Of a stretch of 64,000 nucleotides of DNA, positions 58,953-64,000 are shown one piece after another. The translations under genes and the position numbers were made by a program. The stretch's first letter is position 1; each line of letters starts with the position of its first letter. Source of the DNA: Candidatus Omnitrophota bacterium (GTDB lineage: Bacteria > Omnitrophota > Gorgyraeia > Gygaellales > Profunditerraquicolaceae); contig JAZDMX010000003.1 of assembly GCA_043800555.1 (NCBI GenBank), forward strand, positions 97,947-161,946, written 5' to 3'. The notes under the pieces were generated by a model. The model was not told the origin of the DNA. It worked only from the letters and a program-made list of their open reading frames with translations, and searched no databases.

Positions 58953-60020
58953 TTGCCCTTGAATAACCCCCTATTTTCAATCGGCATTACTACTTACAAC
59001 AGGAAGGAGCTCCTTAAGCAAACCCTGGCTTCTGTATTAAGCCAGACATTTCCTGATTTCGAAGTTATTGTCGGAAACGATTTTACGGGCTCCCCGGTTT
59101 CCGCAGGGTCCTTAGGCATCAGCGACCCGAGAGTGAGGTTTATAAATAACGCTTCTAATCTTGGCGAAGCGGCGAATATGAATTCCTTGCTTTTTTTGAG
59201 CCGGGGGCGGTATTTTACATGGCAGTTTGACGATGATCTCTACGACCATAATTTCCTGAAACTGGCCCACGAAGCTTTGGAGTTTTATAATTTTCCGGAG
59301 TGCGTATTTACCGCTTACAAAAGCATAGGGTCTGGTTTTAAGGGGTTTACCGGCGACCTTACCGCTGCAAACAGGCGGCTTTATCGCGGGAAAGAGTTTT
59401 TAAAGTTATACCTTAAGGGAAAAATAAAAACAATGGGTTGCACCGGCCTATACCGTTGCGATTTACTGAAAAAGCAGGGCGGGGTCACTAAGCTTGCTAG
59501 CGGCCCCATCGCTTTATATTCTGAATACCTGCTTTTGCTGCGCTCCGGCATGTTTGAGAATATCGCTTATCTGGACGCGCCGTTGGTTTTTTATCGCTCT
59601 CATGAGCTTTCCTGGGGTTGTTCTAATGCCCAAGCCCAGGAGTATAAGGATGCGGGGCTTAATCTTATTTCGGAAAGCCTCGTTATTTTAGCCAATCCTC
59701 TCCTTAAAGATGATTTTGAGGTGAATTTTGTTTCTCTGCTAAAGCTTTGCGCGGGGGATTTTCTAAGAAAGTTGTACTTAAAAGACAAATGCGTCAAGAT
59801 AAGAGGGCTAATAAGATACTTTAGCCTGTTGGGAAATAAAATAGAGCCGCTAAAAGGCTCAAACATCTACCTAAAGGCAAGGTCCGCCTTGGCTAAAACG
59901 CTGTTTTCGGCGTTCTGGGTATTTATTAAGCTGAATTTAAAGAGCATTCTCCCCGGCCCGCTGGCAGCTAAAATTATGGCAATCCGCCGGCGCCTGAATC
60001 CTGCGGATAATGGGAGTTAA
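58953..60020 (+). CDS. Glycosyltransferase family 2
   Basis: FSIGITTYNRKELLKQTLASVLSQTFPDFEVIVGND is the GT2 N-terminal region with a DxD-like GNDF. Confidence 0.8.
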   Translation: MPLNNPLFSIGITTYNRKELLKQTLASVLSQTFPDFEVIVGNDFTGSPVSAGSLGISDPRVRFINNASNLGEAANMNSLLFLSRGRYFTWQFDDDLYDHNFLKLAHEALEFYNFPECVFTAYKSIGSGFKGFTGDLTAANRRLYRGKEFLKLYLKGKIKTMGCTGLYRCDLLKKQGGVTKLASGPIALYSEYLLLLRSGMFENIAYLDAPLVFYRSHELSWGCSNAQAQEYKDAGLNLISESLVILANPLLKDDFEVNFVSLLKLCAGDFLRKLYLKDKCVKIRGLIRYFSLLGNKIEPLKGSNIYLKARSALAKTLFSAFWVFIKLNLKSILPGPLAAKIMAIRRRLNPADNGS

Positions 60021-60837
60021 CACAGCAAGAAGGTTAAAAGTGAATGGTCCGCTGGTAAGTATTATAACGGTTGTTCTTAACGCGGGAAATTATCTTGAGG
60101 AGACGATAAAAAGCGTCATTTCGCAGGATTATAAGAATATGGAGTATATAATAATTGACGGAGGCTCCGAAGATAATACGGTTGAGGTTATCAATAAATA
60201 CAAGGAGCATATTTCTTATTGCCTTAGCCAGAAAGATAACGGCATATACGAGGCGATGAACAAGGGGCTGAAAGCCGCCAGAGGCCAGTATCTTAATTTT
60301 ATGAATGCGGGCGACTGTTTTTACGGTAGAGAAGCGGTATCCGGTTTCGCTGAAGAGATGAATAAGGGATACCTGCTGTTGTGCGGGGACACTTTGATAA
60401 GCTATCCTGACGGATTCAAGAGGGTAAATAAGTTTTTCCTGAATTTATATATTATGCCGTCTTATCACCAGTCTATGTTCTTCCACAAAGAGCTCTTTGC
60501 GCTTCTGGGAGGTTATAATGAAAAATATAAGTGGGCGGCGGATATAGATTTGTGGCAAAGGGCATATTCTAAATACAGGGGCAAGATTATCGGTAAGAAC
60601 AGGCTTATTAGCGTAAATAACCTCCAGGGATTTAGCAACAGGAATTTTGTTGGCGCCTATAAAGAGGAGTTGCGCGTATCCTTTTTTAACCTGCGTCCCA
60701 TCGATTTTATGGCCGCTTTTTGCATTAAGACCGCCGTATTCCTTTATGTCATAGTCCTTAACTTATTTAAAAAGATAGGTTTGTATAAATACCTTATCCG
60801 TTTAAGGTATTTATTTTCTAAGGCCCGGTATAAATAA
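60010..60837 (+). CDS. Glycosyltransferase family 2
   Basis: VSIITVVLNAGNYLEETIKSVISQDYKNMEYIIIDGGSED is the GT2 motif with IIDGGS. Confidence 0.8.
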   Translation: MGVNTARRLKVNGPLVSIITVVLNAGNYLEETIKSVISQDYKNMEYIIIDGGSEDNTVEVINKYKEHISYCLSQKDNGIYEAMNKGLKAARGQYLNFMNAGDCFYGREAVSGFAEEMNKGYLLLCGDTLISYPDGFKRVNKFFLNLYIMPSYHQSMFFHKELFALLGGYNEKYKWAADIDLWQRAYSKYRGKIIGKNRLISVNNLQGFSNRNFVGAYKEELRVSFFNLRPIDFMAAFCIKTAVFLYVIVLNLFKKIGLYKYLIRLRYLFSKARYK

Positions 60838-60844
60838 AATACTT

Positions 60845-61996
60845 ATGTTGTCCAGAGACAGAAAAAGAAAACTGGTGGTTGCCCCTTTTTTAGTTATAGA
60901 AAGGTTCTTTTCCAGGCGTAATCGTAAGCCCGCCGGGCTTTCGGGATTAAAAAAAGCCTTAATTGTAGAAATCTGGGGAATCGGTGACCTCGCCATGATG
61001 ACTTCGGTCATCGGTCCTCTAAGGAAAAGTTTCCCGGAAGCCAGTTTTGATTTGTTGTGCAAGCCTTTGGCAAGAAACATCCTGGCAGGCCAAGGGTTCT
61101 TTAGCGAATTTATCTGTTTTGATTTTCCGTGGACGCGTTTTCATGGCAAATACAGGATTTGGAATTGGGATTGGCTTGGCATTATAAGGCTGATTATGAG
61201 GCTTAGGAAGGCCAGGTATGATTTGATTATTGACGCTCGGGGAGACCCCAGGAATAATTTGCTTTCTTTCCTTATAAACGCCAGAAGGCGCCTGGGCTAC
61301 GATTGGTCCGGAGGAGGGATTTTTCTTACGGATGTGTTGGGCCTTGATTACCGCGATAAACATAGGGTTGAAGCCTGGTTAAATATACTGGATTATTTAA
61401 AACTTGATATATCCGAAGCCCGTCCTAAATTATGCGTTACGCAAAAGAGCCGGAAGCAGGCGGAAGAATTATTGAATGGCTTTGGCATTACAAAGGAAAA
61501 CTTGCTTGTGGGTATCCACCCCGGCGCCAGGATAAAAACAAGGCGTTGGGATATTAAAAAGTTTGCCAGGGTAGCCGAATATGCCAGAGACAAATATAAG
61601 GCTAGAATTATAGTTTTTGTGGAGCCGCAAGGCTATGGGGAGGATATTCCGATAGAGGGGGATTTTTTGAAGTTAAAGTGTTCCCTGGACAATTTGGCAG
61701 CCGTAATAAAAAGGTTGAACCTGTTAGTTTGTAACGACGGCGGCCCTATGCATATTGCTGCCGCCTTGGAGGTGCCGGTCATTGGTGTATTTGGCCCTAC
61801 CAATCCCGTAAAGTTTGGGCCGTATAGCGATAACAGCACCGTTATTATCGATAATTCCTTCTCTTGCCGCCCTTGTTTTGATTATTGTAGTTACCCCGAA
61901 GCGCTATGCCTGGCAGGAATAGATGCCCGGGAAGTAATGGCAAAGATGGATAAGTATTTTGGCGGCCATTCAAGAGGTAATAATCAATATGCTTAA
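60845..61996 (+). CDS. Glycosyltransferase family 9 (LPS heptosyltransferase-like)
   Basis: KKALIVEIWGIGDLAMMTSVIGPLRKSFP is the GT9 N-terminal motif (compare RfaF/RfaC GIGD). The C-terminal GNDGGPMHIAAAL is also GT9-like. Confidence 0.7.
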   Translation: MLSRDRKRKLVVAPFLVIERFFSRRNRKPAGLSGLKKALIVEIWGIGDLAMMTSVIGPLRKSFPEASFDLLCKPLARNILAGQGFFSEFICFDFPWTRFHGKYRIWNWDWLGIIRLIMRLRKARYDLIIDARGDPRNNLLSFLINARRRLGYDWSGGGIFLTDVLGLDYRDKHRVEAWLNILDYLKLDISEARPKLCVTQKSRKQAEELLNGFGITKENLLVGIHPGARIKTRRWDIKKFARVAEYARDKYKARIIVFVEPQGYGEDIPIEGDFLKLKCSLDNLAAVIKRLNLLVCNDGGPMHIAAALEVPVIGVFGPTNPVKFGPYSDNSTVIIDNSFSCRPCFDYCSYPEALCLAGIDAREVMAKMDKYFGGHSRGNNQYA

Positions 61997-63509
61997 GGCC
62001 ATATTAAATTTCTATAATGAATTCATCATAGTTGTATTTTGCTTATTCTTGTTCGGGGTTTTATCCTTTGGCAGGGCTTTTTCCGTCCTTTGCATCGGGA
62101 CTCCCGCCTTTCCCTTATTTGTAACGGAGCTAGTCCTAATTTTGAGCCTGCCTTTTATTTTTATAAATTACAAGGCGGTAAGAAGCATTGACGGGAGGCT
62201 GCTTATCGCCTGGGGTATTTATTTTCTTTACGGATGTTTTTATATGGCTTTAGGGCTTTTGAAAGGGAACCTGTTTGCCTTAAGGGACGTTACGTTGTTT
62301 GGGTATACGCTTTTTTTCCTGTTAAGTTTTATCATTTTCTCAAACGAAAACGAATGGGATAAAATACTTGTTCCGTTTGTTTTATTTGCCAACTTCGTCA
62401 TAATTATGGTAAGCAGGATGTCCCTCCTCCAGGTTTTTGCAACGGAAGGCTTAAAAGAAGCGGTCAGTAAAACAAAGGTTTTTCATTTTGGCCTGCATTA
62501 CGGGGTAATTGCCTGTATTTTGCTTTCTTTGCTTAATAGCGTTAAAGATACAAGGACAAAACTGGTTATAAAGATATTGCTTACGCTGGATGTATATATG
62601 CTGGTTATTTTTGGCAACCGGTCTATCTGGCTGGCTTGTTTGGCCGCCCTAGCATTTTTTATATTATTCCTGAAGACGAAGCTCTTGAAGAACCTGGTTA
62701 TGCTGCTGCCGTTTTTTATCATAATCTTAAGCGTTTTATGCCTTATGGATTTTGGTATCTTGAAAATCAGCCAGCAGAAATTAATTTTATCAAAAGCAAA
62801 GAGTTTCGGTTATTTTATAACCGGAAGGTTAGTTTCCAAAAGGGTAGCTGTTCCGGAAAGTGCAGGCCCAGTAAATGAGGCGCCCAGGAAAATTTTCTCC
62901 GAGCGGGTTTATCTGGCCGGTAGTTCCAAGGCCCAAAAGCTAAGAAACGCCGGGGAAGGGCCTTTGGGGCTTCCTGCCAAAGCAGGAGTTGCCGGGCCTG
63001 CGCCCCGCGTTGTTCCTGAATCGCTAAGGTGCGGTTTCCTTAACATATTATGGCGCCTGGATATCTGGGAGCAATCTATTGCTTTTGGCATGAAAAGCCC
63101 TTTATGGGGAAGAGGGTTTGGCGTGTATCCCGAATACTTAATATGGGGAGGCCATGCCCCTGCTCCGGAGAGAATCGGGGCAGATTCCGGGGTCATCCCG
63201 GTCCACAACTACTTAATTACTATTTTCTATAAAATGGGGATTCTGGGATTGGCGTTATTCCTCTATATCAACATTTTTGTTTTATATTCAGGCATTAAGT
63301 ATGTAAATAAATGCAGATCCGTATTCGCCAGGTACTTTCTTATCAGCACATTGGGCGCTTGCATTTTTTGGCACACTATGGCTTTTTTCTTTGATGTTAT
63401 AGATTCTCCTCCGACAAGCATATTTATATGGATTCTAATGGGCATGGTTATAGCGGTCATAGAAACAGATAAAAACGGGCGCTTTAATTGCCGTAGTAAA
63501 CTATTATGA
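61959..63509 (+). CDS. O-antigen ligase/polymerase-like (Wzy_C/WaaL family) polytopic membrane protein
   Basis: More than 10 predicted TMs. A large loop bearing a WGRGFG motif, which resembles the O-antigen ligase-family periplasmic loop. A GC-rich, low-complexity insert at ~62840-63040. Confidence 0.5.
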   Translation: MAAIQEVIINMLKAILNFYNEFIIVVFCLFLFGVLSFGRAFSVLCIGTPAFPLFVTELVLILSLPFIFINYKAVRSIDGRLLIAWGIYFLYGCFYMALGLLKGNLFALRDVTLFGYTLFFLLSFIIFSNENEWDKILVPFVLFANFVIIMVSRMSLLQVFATEGLKEAVSKTKVFHFGLHYGVIACILLSLLNSVKDTRTKLVIKILLTLDVYMLVIFGNRSIWLACLAALAFFILFLKTKLLKNLVMLLPFFIIILSVLCLMDFGILKISQQKLILSKAKSFGYFITGRLVSKRVAVPESAGPVNEAPRKIFSERVYLAGSSKAQKLRNAGEGPLGLPAKAGVAGPAPRVVPESLRCGFLNILWRLDIWEQSIAFGMKSPLWGRGFGVYPEYLIWGGHAPAPERIGADSGVIPVHNYLITIFYKMGILGLALFLYINIFVLYSGIKYVNKCRSVFARYFLISTLGACIFWHTMAFFFDVIDSPPTSIFIWILMGMVIAVIETDKNGRFNCRSKLL

Positions 63510-64000
63510 AGGCCAAAAGCGATATTCCTGCCTTAGGCCTTTTGGCAAAGAAGGCGGGGTATAGATTAAAGGTTTTTTATTACCTAACCCGTTTTAGGCG
63601 CAATTGCCCCGAAGGCAAGCTTCCCGTAGGCCTTGCCGGTTGCGGTAATTTTGTTAAATGTGCTTATCTGCCCGCACTAAATAGCAGGAATTGCCCCGTT
63701 TATGTTTCCGGTTTATACAGTCGTCTAAAAGAAAAGACGGCGCTTATCCGGAGGATGTTGCGATACGAAAATAGCCATTTTGATTCATATCCGGATTTGC
63801 TTAATTCCGGCATTAAAGGCGTACTTATAGCATTGCCCAATCACCTGCATTTCCAGCGCATAATCGACGCGCTGGAGAATAATATTGATGTTTTTTGCGA
63901 GAAACCGTTGGTTAATGATTTGAAGGATGCTTATGCCCTCCGGAATTTCGTCAATAAAACAAAAATGGTCCTGATGGCCGGTTTTAACCAAAGATATACG
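63507..64000 (+). CDS. Gfo/Idh/MocA-family oxidoreductase (partial; runs off the window end)
   Basis: VGLAGCGNFVKCAYLPALNS Rossmann N-terminus and a later EKPL motif. No stop codon before 64000. Confidence 0.6.

Overview
This 64 kb window is ~44% GC by eye (no codon or GC computation was done). All of the ~68 supported genes lie on the + strand, and many are linked by 1-25 nt start/stop overlaps. The first ~19 kb is a housekeeping block: a GT-C/TPR membrane protein, a type IV pilus/T2SS-like set (two pilin-like genes followed by pilM-N-O-P-Q), a DUF2344 fragment with RNase G, rplU-obg with no rpmA between them, proB-proA, nadD, rpe, a phosphohexomutase, plsC, rpsA and tyrS. A 21-bp perfect-stem terminator closes this block. 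From ~19.5 kb to the window end there is a ~44 kb surface-glycan biosynthesis mega-locus. It contains a SemiSWEET, rmlA/rmlD-like/rmlB, two CDP-paratose-epimerase-like SDRs (one apparently lacking the catalytic Tyr), an unusual repeat protein and a pro-region-less papain-like peptidase, gmd/fcl, a DegT-like enzyme, and a Wzm/Wzt ABC exporter. It then carries a nonulosonic-acid module that proceeds through a phosphorylated intermediate (KdsC-like phosphatase, SAF-less NeuB, CMP-transferase), followed by a candidate DDG/HP-motif nonulosonate transferase. The most unusual part is a dense block with three cobalamin-binding radical SAM enzymes, a split transketolase, a NUDIX hydrolase and a Gmd-like SDR. 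Downstream of it are a displaced RmlC-like epimerase, an HddA/HddC-like kinase/nucleotidyltransferase pair, a TylCIII-like C-methyltransferase, an aminotransferase, an FdtA-like cupin, an FAD oxidoreductase, five more SDRs, GT2, CgeB-like and GT9 transferases, and a Wzy/WaaL-like membrane protein. No rRNA, tRNA, CRISPR or mobile-element genes were recognised. The probable source is an uncultivated, moderately AT-rich bacterium, but the lineage cannot be called from sequence alone. All functional calls come from motif and family recognition by eye; no searches were run.
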